DNA from: Dehalococcoidia bacterium
Lineage (GTDB): Bacteria > Chloroflexota > Dehalococcoidia > Plut-88900
DNA length: 64,000 nucleotides
Assembly (NCBI GenBank): GCA_965249275.1
Contig: CBDFLQ010000007.1
Coordinates: forward strand, 896,001 to 960,000
Direction: 5' to 3'
The translations under genes and the position numbers were made by a program. Positions 1 through 8,560 of this stretch are shown here, one piece after another; position 1 is the stretch's first letter; the number at the start of each line of letters is the position of its first letter. The notes beneath the pieces were generated by a model. The model was not told where the DNA came from, ran no database searches, and was given only the letters and a program-made list of their open reading frames with translations.

Positions 1-2
1 GG

Positions 3-677
3 GACGACGGTAAGGTAGACGTTAACTTCGGCAGCTTCGTCATCCGTTCCCAGGGCAAGACCATTCTGGTCGACACCGGATGGGGCAAAGACTACCCCGG
101 CCGACTCATGGATGATTTAACCGAAAAGGGCGTCTCAATCGACGAGATCGAAATAGTCGCCATAACCCACCTTCACGTCGACCACGTCGGTTGGAACATA
201 ACCGAGGAGAACGGTGCCTCTCGACTCACCTTCCCCAACGCCACGTACTATATTCCCAAAGTCGACTACGACTTCTACAACCAGGACCTGGAAAACAACG
301 CCCACATGGTCACCCAGGTCAACCCTCTCGAATCCCTCGGCGCTATGGTCTTGGCCGACAAAGAGGTCTCTCTCACCAGCGAAGTAACCATGGTCCCGAC
401 TCCCGGCCACACTCCCGGCCACATGAGCCTCGGCATCCTGTCCGACGGAGTGCGCGGTTACATCCTCGGTGACGTCATCAACTTCGCTCCCCAGTCCAAC
501 GAGACCCACTGGGAAATCATCTTCGACACCGACCATGCCCTCGCTCGCCAGACAAGGGAAGTAGTGCTGGAACGCCTCCTGCAGGACGGTTCAGTGATCG
601 GAATGGGGCACTACATGCCACCCAGCTTCGGCAGAATCATAAGAAGTGAAGGCCGTCGGCTCTGGCAGGTCATATAA
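3..677 (+). CDS. MBL-fold metallo-hydrolase (5' partial, runs off window start)
   Basis: Frame open from base 3 (ILVDTGWG); THLHVDH metal motif, PGHTPGH and GD motifs. Confidence 0.9.
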   Translation, partial: DDGKVDVNFGSFVIRSQGKTILVDTGWGKDYPGRLMDDLTEKGVSIDEIEIVAITHLHVDHVGWNITEENGASRLTFPNATYYIPKVDYDFYNQDLENNAHMVTQVNPLESLGAMVLADKEVSLTSEVTMVPTPGHTPGHMSLGILSDGVRGYILGDVINFAPQSNETHWEIIFDTDHALARQTREVVLERLLQDGSVIGMGHYMPPSFGRIIRSEGRRLWQVI

Positions 678-733
678 CTCCCCACGTCCCAACTCTAATA
701 AGGGCTTGAGGGCAAGAGCTTCAGCTACCCCTG

Positions 734-1219
734 TTACACTGGGAACTGGCGTATCCGAGGCCTAGGCTCTGAATCCAGGGCCATCCAATCCAAACGCGGG
801 CCTCGACTCACCATCTGCAACCATCGATCCGCTTCGACAGCAAGGGCCCCGGTGTCCAGACCAAGAAACGACGGTGTGAATACCTTCAACAGCCGCAATC
901 CCTCGCCCAGCTTGTTCCTGCATCCTCTTACATTATGTCTATTCGAGTGGTGGAACCCAACCGCTATCTTCAAAACGCCCTGGTAGAAGTGCCGCAACGG
1001 ATAAGGCGTGACCAGCCAGAGGTCTTCCAGAGTCTCGTGGCATTCCCAGAACAGGCCGGCGTTGAACTGATCAACGGCCTTGTTGACCTGGGTGGAGGGT
1101 GAGTCGGGAAAGGCGTCCTGAAAGGGTGAAAGCCCACCTTCTTCCAGCCTCTCCAGCCAGAGCATATCCGTTTGACGCCTTCGCCGCCTCAGCGGCCACA
1201 ACGGAAGTTCCGCATGCAT
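734..1219 (-). CDS. DUF309-family protein (true start may be ATG at 1165)
   Basis: FNAGLFWECHETLEDLW and FYQG..IAVG.HH signature. Confidence 0.8.
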   Translation of the reverse strand: MHAELPLWPLRRRRRQTDMLWLERLEEGGLSPFQDAFPDSPSTQVNKAVDQFNAGLFWECHETLEDLWLVTPYPLRHFYQGVLKIAVGFHHSNRHNVRGCRNKLGEGLRLLKVFTPSFLGLDTGALAVEADRWLQMVSRGPRLDWMALDSEPRPRIRQFPV

Positions 1220-1343
1220 GATCAGAAATCGCCTCTATCCATTTGGTACAATCATAACCATTTCCAATTGACGCTAACACGCGCAACCTCATAACATACC
1301 GCGCAAGGCGGCTGAAGACCCGAAACGAATATGGAGGCAAGTA

Positions 1344-2546
1344 ATGGACCAGGCACTCAAGGGCGTTCGAATCTTGGATCTCACCCAGTACGAGGCCGGC
1401 ACCACTTGCACTCAGGCCCTGGCCTGGCTCGGGGCGGACGTCATAAAGGTCGAGTCCCCGGGCCGCGGCGACCCCGGCCGGTTCAGCACCCCCAGAAACA
1501 GCGATAAGGACAGCTATTACTTCATCATCCTCAACTGCAACAAGCGCAGCATCACGCTCAACCTGAAAACTGAAAAAGGCAAGGCCATCTTCTTCGACCT
1601 TCTGAAGCGCTCCGACGTAGTTGCCGAGAACCTGGGCCCCGGCACACTCGAACGTCTGGGCCTCTCTTACGACGTACTCTCAAAGATTAACCCACGCGTT
1701 ATCCTTACGAGGGTTAAGGGTTTCGGGACTTACGGACCCTACAGTCACCTGAAGGCCTTTGACATGGTAGCCCAGGCCACGGGCGGTTGCTATACAACCA
1801 ATGGCTACCCGGATGGGCCACCCCTTCCCACCGGTGTGTCCTTCGGTGACATTGGGACCGGATATCACGCGGCGCTAGGGATTACAGCCGCACTCTACCA
1901 GCGGGAGCGGACGGGTCGGGGGCAGACGATCGAAGTAGCCATGCAGGATGCAATGGTGAACTTCGCCAGGGTGGGGATGATGCGCTACTACGAAGACCCC
2001 GACATCCATATCCGGGGTGCATATCACAGCGGCAAGGCCCCGTCCTGGGTCTACAAGTGCGCCCCAGGCGGCCCCGACGACTACGCCTATATCTACGCCG
2101 ACGAAGGACCAGCCGGGGCCTGGGAGGCGATCCTAAAGACAATCGGCAGGGAAGACCTCATCGGCGACGAACGATACTCGGACTCCAGAAAGCGCTGGGA
2201 ACACAACGACGCAATTACAGCGATGATCGAAGAGTGGACGACCAAGCACACCAAGCATGAAGTGATGAGAATCCTGGGTGGTGCGGGGGCAATAGTCGGG
2301 GCCTGCCTCAACCCCAAGGACATCCACACCGACCCCCACCTGATGGAGCGGGGCATGATCGTGGATATAGACCACCCTCAGATTGGCAAATTCAGGACGC
2401 TCGGGTCTCCCATCCAGATGTCGGACTCTCCGAACACGGTCACTACTGCGCCCCTCCTGGGCCAGCACACCTCCGAGGTGCTAAACGAAATCCTGGACTA
2501 CGGGCCGCAAGAGATAAATGAGCTGGCTGGACAAGGAGTTATCTAG
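1344..2546 (+). CDS. Family III CoA-transferase (formyl-CoA transferase/CaiB-BaiF-like)
   Basis: LKGVRILDLTQYEAG, GADVIKVE, NCNKRSITLNLK, GD catalytic Asp, APLLGQHT; SD GGAGG upstream. Confidence 0.95.
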   Translation: MDQALKGVRILDLTQYEAGTTCTQALAWLGADVIKVESPGRGDPGRFSTPRNSDKDSYYFIILNCNKRSITLNLKTEKGKAIFFDLLKRSDVVAENLGPGTLERLGLSYDVLSKINPRVILTRVKGFGTYGPYSHLKAFDMVAQATGGCYTTNGYPDGPPLPTGVSFGDIGTGYHAALGITAALYQRERTGRGQTIEVAMQDAMVNFARVGMMRYYEDPDIHIRGAYHSGKAPSWVYKCAPGGPDDYAYIYADEGPAGAWEAILKTIGREDLIGDERYSDSRKRWEHNDAITAMIEEWTTKHTKHEVMRILGGAGAIVGACLNPKDIHTDPHLMERGMIVDIDHPQIGKFRTLGSPIQMSDSPNTVTTAPLLGQHTSEVLNEILDYGPQEINELAGQGVI

Positions 2547-2570
2547 CCCCTGCTTCCTTACTGAAAGAAT

Positions 2571-2615
2571 AAAAGACAAGGGCGAAAGTGCCTCGCACTT
2601 TCGCCCTTGTCTTTT
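2571..2615. terminator. Bidirectional intrinsic terminator
   Basis: Perfect 21-bp stem AAAAGACAAGGGCGAAAGTGC-ctc-GCACTTTCGCCCTTGTCTTTT between convergent genes. Confidence 0.85.
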
Positions 2616-2651
2616 CACCCTCGAAGTAGTGTGAGCGCCCCTCAGTCGGCG

Positions 2652-2993
2652 TTAACGATTCATATCTGATATCTGCTTGTGGATCACCCGGTCGATCTGG
2701 GAGCCGATTTGGTCGCTCATCTTCATCGCCTTCGCCTCATCGGACTCCCCCGTCTCCTTCTCGAACATTCCCTTGAGTTCCTTGCGGCTCTTGAGGAACG
2801 GCATCGACTTCTCCACGAAGTCCTCGCTGTACTTGTGCTTGGCCGGGAACCGGTGATTGCTCAAGGACACAAGCTTCCAGGTATCCCCGCTCCCGCAGTT
2901 ATCGCAAGTCACGCTATCAGGAATCTCGTACTTCCTGGTGAAATGGTTCGTTAAACCGGCGCACTGTCGGCACCCAAATTCATATATCGGCAT
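2652..2993 (-). CDS. FmdB-family zinc-ribbon protein
   Basis: MPIYEFxCxxC...CxxCGS N-terminus. Confidence 0.85.
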   Translation of the reverse strand: MPIYEFGCRQCAGLTNHFTRKYEIPDSVTCDNCGSGDTWKLVSLSNHRFPAKHKYSEDFVEKSMPFLKSRKELKGMFEKETGESDEAKAMKMSDQIGSQIDRVIHKQISDMNR

Positions 2994-3079
2994 GGCAATG
3001 TTCCCGTTGATGTGACCGCTGTTGGTGGAGCTTGCGCGTATTGCGTAATATCACTCAAAAACGTGTGTGTTGGTTTGCG

Positions 3080-3337
3080 CTAGCGCCTTCCGCGATACCT
3101 TTCGATTATTTTGCCCAGTCCCTTTCGACCTATCCCTGATTGCTTATGGCTAAGGATCCCGTGCAACGTCCCCTTGGGGATAGAACCCGGTTTGTCTGGG
3201 ATAAGTGCAAATCTAACTTTCCCATCAACCAATTTCCTGAAAGCAACGCCGTGATTCGTCCTTCCATCCTCTAGCCAACCATCAAATAGCAGGAGAGCCA
3301 TCAAATCCTTGGCAGAAAGGGCGGGAAGATTTTCCAC
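3080..3337 (-). CDS. HicA-like toxin
   Basis: 85 aa, LLxxDGW...G.TNHG..F...IP.K...IPKGTLHGIL pattern; directly downstream of a HicB-like gene. Confidence 0.75.
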   Translation of the reverse strand: MENLPALSAKDLMALLLFDGWLEDGRTNHGVAFRKLVDGKVRFALIPDKPGSIPKGTLHGILSHKQSGIGRKGLGKIIERYRGRR

Positions 3338-3340
3338 AGT

Positions 3341-3685
3341 TCACACTGTGGCCGAGACAGTACCGGGAGGGCTGGGGAACGGGAAGGCGTTCGGCTGATA
3401 TAGCGGGCCGCTAGTTGTGCCGGAATCTGCATACACCGGGGAACTCCAACTCCAGGAATTTCCTTCTTTGTCTTCCTGATAGAGTTTAATACCCTGCTCC
3501 AGGAAGAACGGCTCCCGCTCACCGGCTTTCTCAAGTACGTTCAGGTGGAGAGTTACTAGGTCCTTCAATTCCACCTGCACCTCTTCCAACGTGGATGCCC
3601 ATGTGCAGGTCCCCAACTCTACGCACTCGCCAAGCCACTCCGATTCTTCTCTCTCGAACCGGAAGGTCAACACAACGAAGCTCAT
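3341..3685 (-). CDS. HicB-like antitoxin (copy adjacent to toxin)
   Basis: MSFVVLTFRFE...WLGECVELGTCTWASTLEE..EL.DLV HicB N-domain pattern; ATG at 3685 after GGGGAGG. Confidence 0.75.
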   Translation of the reverse strand: MSFVVLTFRFEREESEWLGECVELGTCTWASTLEEVQVELKDLVTLHLNVLEKAGEREPFFLEQGIKLYQEDKEGNSWSWSSPVYADSGTTSGPLYQPNAFPFPSPPGTVSATV

Positions 3686-3713
3686 TATCCTCCCCCTGCC
3701 CTTTTGCAGCATT

Positions 3714-3977
3714 CTAGCTGTTCCATGGACTTACCGGCAAACTTGTAGATGTTTCAGTAGGCATGTCCGTGTGCAATTCTATTCCCCACTCATCAAACAC
3801 TTGCCCCAGCCGTCCGGTTTCCTCCAACGTGACCAAATGCAGACCCACCAGGTCCCTCAACTCCTCCTCCAACTGCGCCAGTGATTCAGCCGATGTAGCC
3901 GTACCCAGCTCCACGCACTTCCCAAACCACCCGTCCTCCTCTTGCTCGAAGCGAAATGTCAGCACAACGAAGCTCAT
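3714..3977 (-). CDS. HicB-like antitoxin paralogue
   Basis: Starts with the same MSFVVLTFRFE; SD AGGAGGAGG before ATG at 3977. Confidence 0.75.
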   Translation of the reverse strand: MSFVVLTFRFEQEEDGWFGKCVELGTATSAESLAQLEEELRDLVGLHLVTLEETGRLGQVFDEWGIELHTDMPTETSTSLPVSPWNS

Positions 3978-4068
3978 CGTCCTCCTCCTGCTCTTTCGCG
4001 GGATTCTACCGATATTATAACCACTGTCAACATCAAACCATGTACTGCGTATCCTTGGCCTATCCTCT

Positions 4069-5166
4069 TCACCCAATCCCGTATATCCGGGCTGCGTTGC
4101 CATAGACAATCTTGCGCTTGGATTCCTCGCTGACGGGCTGGAAGGTCTTTTCGATTACTTCCTGCGAGTGAGGGAAAGTGCCCTCGTCGTGGGGGTAGTC
4201 GCTGCCCCACACCAGGCAGTCGTCTCCGAGCACGGGTATGGTGAGAAGGGCCACCGGGTCGTCTCCGAAGGTGACATGACCCTGGCGCCGGAAATAGTCG
4301 CTTGGCTTCATGTCAAGCTTGGGAGATATCCACATGTGCTTCTTCTCTACCTGCTCGTCGAGGGCGTACAGGAGCCACGCGAGCCACCCCGCTCCACACT
4401 CAATTACTCCCAGGTTGATCCCCGGGTGCCGCTCCAGCATCCCCGAGCTTATCAGCATCGACGCGGGCTCCAGGCCTGCGGCCATGCTCATGACCATGAA
4501 GTTAAGCGCTCCGCCAAAGCCATTCTCCTCACCCCAGTCCTCAGGGTAGGTGTCCTCGGCGTCGGTGAAGGCGTGGAGATTGAGAACCAGGCCAGCGTCC
4601 TCGACGGCCTGCCAAAGCGGCTCGTAGTCCGGCTGGTTGTAGGGTCGGCCCCTGACAGAAATGGGAATCTTTACGGCTCTATATCCCAGCTTGCTGACCC
4701 TCTTCACTTCTTCGACCGCGGTCGGGATGTCCGTTACAGGAATCACCCCCACCGGTACGAAGCGGTGCAGGTGGTCACGAAAGACCTCTATGGCCCAGTC
4801 GTTGTAGGCCTGGGCGACGGCGAACTGATAGCCGGCGTCGAAAGACTTGTGAAGCCCGAGAGTCTCGTTTGGGTAGATAATCTCGCCGTAGATGCCGTCC
4901 TTGGCGATGTCCGTAAGCCGCCGCTCGATGTCCCGACCGCCGGAGTCGTCATCTCGGAACTCACGCACTTGGTCTTCTTCGGTCTCCCGGGCCTCGGCTA
5001 TGTCCAGCCTTCTCGGCTTCCGGCCTTCCACCATGCGGTATCGAACACCGTCGATTACTTCGACGTGTGGGAGTCGGGCCATGTACTCCTCCGGCAATCG
5101 GGCCGTGTACATCTCCTTCGGCTCCTGGACGTGAGAATCTCCGGAAATCACCCTTGTCTCTATCAT
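4069..5166 (-). CDS. Amidohydrolase_2 family protein
   Basis: ISGDSHV, YNDW, LNLH, E.GAGW, WGSDYPH.EGTFP motifs. Confidence 0.93.
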   Translation of the reverse strand: MIETRVISGDSHVQEPKEMYTARLPEEYMARLPHVEVIDGVRYRMVEGRKPRRLDIAEARETEEDQVREFRDDDSGGRDIERRLTDIAKDGIYGEIIYPNETLGLHKSFDAGYQFAVAQAYNDWAIEVFRDHLHRFVPVGVIPVTDIPTAVEEVKRVSKLGYRAVKIPISVRGRPYNQPDYEPLWQAVEDAGLVLNLHAFTDAEDTYPEDWGEENGFGGALNFMVMSMAAGLEPASMLISSGMLERHPGINLGVIECGAGWLAWLLYALDEQVEKKHMWISPKLDMKPSDYFRRQGHVTFGDDPVALLTIPVLGDDCLVWGSDYPHDEGTFPHSQEVIEKTFQPVSEESKRKIVYGNAARIYGIG

Positions 5167-5310
5167 CTGCTCACCCTTCTAATCTACGCTTTGAAGTCGC
5201 CTCGGCTCCTTTTGCCTCATTATATTACGATGAGTTCTTTCACAGTAATCTGTCGCGCCACAGAATCCACCCCCCCACCTCCATCCCCCATTCCCGGGAA
5301 CCGAGGGGCC

Positions 5311-5430
5311 GCTCACCCTGAGCCCCATCGAAGGGTCGAGCAGGGGGGTGGTCCCGCACTGCCAATCCGTCGCGCCCGCCTCCACCCCAACCCCCTTAAC
5401 CCTGTCATTCCGAGGCTCCGCGAGGAATCT
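5311..5430. repeat. Cluster of REP-like short palindromes
   Basis: GCTCACCCTGAGC..TCGAAGGG.CGAGC (5311-5341) and TGTCATTCCGAGG..CGCGAGGAATCT (5403-5430) resemble REP-type hairpins; only single copies in window. Confidence 0.45.
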
Positions 5431-5432
5431 AG

Positions 5433-6628
5433 GAAACCTCTGAACAAGTCTAAGGGCATAGGTAATAGGTAAGATAGGGAGAGTAAGGCCAAAGCTGAGG
5501 TGAGATTTGATGGAGCAGCCGACATTTGCAGACTTGGAATACGAGGGCAAGAAGCGAAAGACCCGCCGGGAGATATTTCTGGAGCGGATGGAGGACCTGG
5601 TTCCATGGGGAAAGTTAGAGGAGCGAATCCGGCCCTACTATTCCAGGGCGGGCCGTGGACGGAGGCCCTACGAGTTGTCGGTGATGCTGCGGATACACTG
5701 CGTGCAGCTGTTCTACAACCTGAGCGATCCGGGCATGGAGGACATGCTCTACGAGGTGGAGTCGGTGAGGCGGTTCGCAGGTCTGAGGCTGTCCGGCCCC
5801 TTGCCTGACGAGACTACGATACTGAACTTCCGCCATCTGCTGGAAGAGCAGGAGTTGGGTCGGGGGCTGTTCGAGGAGATCAACCGTCATCTGGAGTCTC
5901 GGGGACTGAGGCTCAGGGAGGGTACGATTGTGGATGCGAGCATCATCGAGGCGCCGGCGTCTACGAAGAACCGTGCTGGAGAGCGAGACCCCGATATGCA
6001 CCAAGTGAAGAAGGGGAAGGAGTGGCACTTCGGTATGAAAGTGCACATTGGTGCAGACGCTGACACGGGGGTGGTGCACAGTATGAGTACGACAGCTGCG
6101 AACGTGCATGACGTGACGGAGGCGCACCGGCTGCTGCATGGAGGGGAGAGGCGAGTGTGGGGAGATGCGGGATATCAGGGAGTGGAGAAGCGGGCGGAGA
6201 ATCGGGATATGGATGTGGAGTGGCGGGTGGCGATGAGACCTGGACGGCGTCGGAAACTGAGGGCGGGGAGCTGCGAGGCCTTAGCGGAGAAGAGCAAATC
6301 ATCCATCAGGGCTAAGGTGGAGCATCCGTTCCTGTACGTGAAACGGCACTTCGGCTACGCCAAGGTCCGCTACAGGGGCTTGTACAAGAACACGCAACGG
6401 GTGGCGATGCTGCTGGGGCTGGCCAACTTGGTAAGGGCCGAGCGCCACTTAGCGGTGTGACGGAGGAGCAGTGTGGTCAAATCCGGGTCGATGGTGACTG
6501 GATGCCCTGACAGGCCAGAACATAGGATGCAAATAAGCCACCGAGACGCAACATTACGACCCAACCTCTCCCCAAAACTCCATGCAAGACAACCTAAGCT
6601 GGTTTACAGTGAGTTGTTCAGAGCTTCC
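5433..6628 (+). mobile_element. IS5-family insertion sequence, copy 1 (1196 bp)
   Basis: IRs GAAACCTCTGAACAAGTC / GGAAGCTCTGAACAACTC, flanking CTAG duplication (5429-5432, 6629-6632), near-identical copy at 50485-51680. Confidence 0.95.
5507..6460 (+). CDS. IS5-family DDE transposase
   Basis: PDETTILNFRHLLE, IVDASII, GMKVHIG.D, WGDAGYQG, RAKVEHPF...KVRYRGL.KN. Confidence 0.97.
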   Translation: MMEQPTFADLEYEGKKRKTRREIFLERMEDLVPWGKLEERIRPYYSRAGRGRRPYELSVMLRIHCVQLFYNLSDPGMEDMLYEVESVRRFAGLRLSGPLPDETTILNFRHLLEEQELGRGLFEEINRHLESRGLRLREGTIVDASIIEAPASTKNRAGERDPDMHQVKKGKEWHFGMKVHIGADADTGVVHSMSTTAANVHDVTEAHRLLHGGERRVWGDAGYQGVEKRAENRDMDVEWRVAMRPGRRRKLRAGSCEALAEKSKSSIRAKVEHPFLYVKRHFGYAKVRYRGLYKNTQRVAMLLGLANLVRAERHLAV

Positions 6629-6685
6629 CTAGGACTTGCCCTTTCACACCATTCCTCGCCTTCCTTTCCCTCCCCCATTGGTAAC

Positions 6686-6726
6686 GATATATGAGCCATG
6701 TTGCAGAGCAACATGGCTCATATATC
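6686..6726. repeat. Perfect 19-bp inverted repeat with 3-nt spacer
   Basis: GATATATGAGCCATGTTGC-aga-GCAACATGGCTCATATATC. Confidence 0.9.
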
Positions 6727-6807
6727 AATAAAACAGGGCGGGTGGGCGGGACTCAATATATCCCTGAGGGTGGTGAGGGGTGTCCCCCCAAATGTGACAC
6801 GAACCCC

Positions 6808-6837
6808 TTGACCAGAGTTGTACACATGTACTATATT
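6808..6837 (+). promoter_or_regulatory. sigma70 promoter with LexA-type operator
   Basis: TTGACC-18 nt-TATATT; GTAC-acat-GTAC (6820-6831) abuts the -10; same layout at 53593-53622. Confidence 0.7.
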
Positions 6838-6842
6838 CACCC

Positions 6843-7460
6843 CCGACTAGCTCGTCACTCACCCTAATCCCAAGGAGGAACCACAACCCAGGGGGAACCA
6901 CATCCCCGGCCCACACGAGGACTCAACGTCCAAGCCCATCCCAAAGGGCGGCCCACACGCCGCCCCACGGCTCAAGCAAACGCCGCCATCTCCTCATACC
7001 AAGGGCCCCGGCTCACCCCTCCCCCCACCACCCAGGCGATGGAAGGTCCACAGACTATGCTCGGCAGGCCCCGTCCAGGGCCCCTGCCGATTCAACGCTT
7101 CCCATTACCGGATGCGTTTACCCCGGCCCATTGCGCGCCGGTTTCCCGGGTAGGTCAACCAACCCCCGGTTTAGCAAGGTCCTCGTGTCCTTGTTTGTCC
7201 CGCCATCCCCGCCATCCGTCTACCCGGCGGATGCACCGGGACGCCGGTTATGAAAGTCCGCCTCAGGCGGTATCTTCCCCGTCAGCGGTCCGGTCAAGTG
7301 CCGCTGCCGGTAGGATCGGCCCCACACAACCCTGACCGCAGCCGACAACATGTGGGGATAGTCCAGCCCGGTGCCGACGGCTCGGCAGCAACCCCCGGTC
7401 TGAATTCTAGTCACCGGACCTTCCATCGCCTGCCCCCTACAAACAAAACGGAACCCCAAA
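6843..7460 (+). ncRNA. Candidate large structured ncRNA, copy A (unassigned family; ends approximate)
   Basis: Collinear sequence blocks shared with 52950-53587(-); 17-bp perfect long-range stem 7033-7049/7416-7432; many internal hairpins; no conserved ORF. Confidence 0.6.
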
Positions 7461-7565
7461 CGCCAACTGAATAAACACCGTCCCCTCCCCCTGGTTGCGT
7501 GATACACTTCATCCAACCCCATCCCCTGAGCCTTTCCGCCATCCCTTATGGAGGTGCCGACGCCC

Positions 7566-8552
7566 ATGAATTACGACATGGAGATACCAACCAGCCGGGA
7601 AGCGGTCTTCGTGCCGATTCCATTCGCCGGGCCCAAAGAGATAGTGAAGATAGTCCAGGACGCCGAGAAGCTCGGCTATCACGCCGTCTGGGGCACCGAC
7701 TTCATGACCCTGGCCCCGGGCGTATCCCCCCTGGAAGACCCTGACCCGCCCAACTGGTACGAGCTCATCGTGTCCCTGTCCTACCTGGCCGCCGTCACGG
7801 ACAAGATCATGCTCGGGACCGGCGTCGTCCTGCTCCCCTATCGGGACCCGATAATCCTGGCCCGGCAGATCACGACTCTGGACCACTTCAGCAACGGCAG
7901 AGTTGCCTTGGGAATAGGGCTCGGCAACCGAGCCGAGTACGAGATGGTCCAGCCCAAGATGCGCAAGGTACACCGGGGCCGCATGCTCGACGAGAAGATG
8001 GAGGCCTTGCATCAGCTCCTCGGACACTCCGAGCGCGCCGTCAGTTATTCCGGCAAGTACGTCGAGTTCCGGGACGTGGAGATATTCCCGAAGCCTGTGC
8101 AAAACCCGCTTCCCATGTACGCTCCGGGTCGGAACCCGGACGCCCTAAAACGCATAGCCAAGTGGGGCAATGGACTCTTCACGGCGGCCTCGGCCGGTCG
8201 GAGCGCCATTGACGCCTTGGAGCCGCTTCTGGAGCAGCAGGGCCGCAGCCTGGACGAGATCCACGTCATCGCCGAGGGTGAACTGAGCCTGGGATCTACC
8301 CACGAGGAAGCTGTGGAGCACTACCGCAACAGCATGCAGGGGCAGTTCCGTCTGGCTAAAGGCTTCTCCCTGGACAATATCGTGGAGCAGAACTGGATCG
8401 GTACCGTCGACGAGGTGGTTGATAAGATTGGTCAACTGAAGGACTTGGGCATCAACCACGTTAACGCCCTTCACATCGCCGGAGACACCATACCGGAGAT
8501 GATGGAGCAAGTGGAGTCGTTCGCGAAGGACGTGATGGCCAATGTGGGATGA
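7566..8552 (+). CDS. LLM-class (luciferase-like) flavin/F420-dependent oxidoreductase
   Basis: AEKLGYHAVW..D, LGTGV..LPYRDP..LARQ..TLD..SNGR..LG.G.G, PKPVQ; SD GGAGGT before ATG 7566. Confidence 0.92.
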   Translation: MNYDMEIPTSREAVFVPIPFAGPKEIVKIVQDAEKLGYHAVWGTDFMTLAPGVSPLEDPDPPNWYELIVSLSYLAAVTDKIMLGTGVVLLPYRDPIILARQITTLDHFSNGRVALGIGLGNRAEYEMVQPKMRKVHRGRMLDEKMEALHQLLGHSERAVSYSGKYVEFRDVEIFPKPVQNPLPMYAPGRNPDALKRIAKWGNGLFTAASAGRSAIDALEPLLEQQGRSLDEIHVIAEGELSLGSTHEEAVEHYRNSMQGQFRLAKGFSLDNIVEQNWIGTVDEVVDKIGQLKDLGINHVNALHIAGDTIPEMMEQVESFAKDVMANVG

Positions 8553-8560
8553 CGGGTGTG

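Noticed and set aside
4168-5472. Long antisense ORFs (also 8145-9248, 16337-17281, 31334-32044, 32680-33645, 37161-38051)
   Set aside because: They overlap well-supported genes on the opposite strand or in another frame, have no motifs, and are expected in high-GC DNA.
7039-7335. 98-aa ORF inside ncRNA copy A, and 122-aa ORF 53236-53604 in copy B
   Set aside because: Pro/Arg-rich, no SD at the start, and frames are not conserved between the two homologous loci; not hydrophobic like a type I toxin.
7033-7432. Retron msr-msd or group I/II intron interpretation of the long closing stem
   Set aside because: No reverse transcriptase or maturase gene in the window, and no domain V or P7 consensus was seen; kept only as a speculative in-trans idea.
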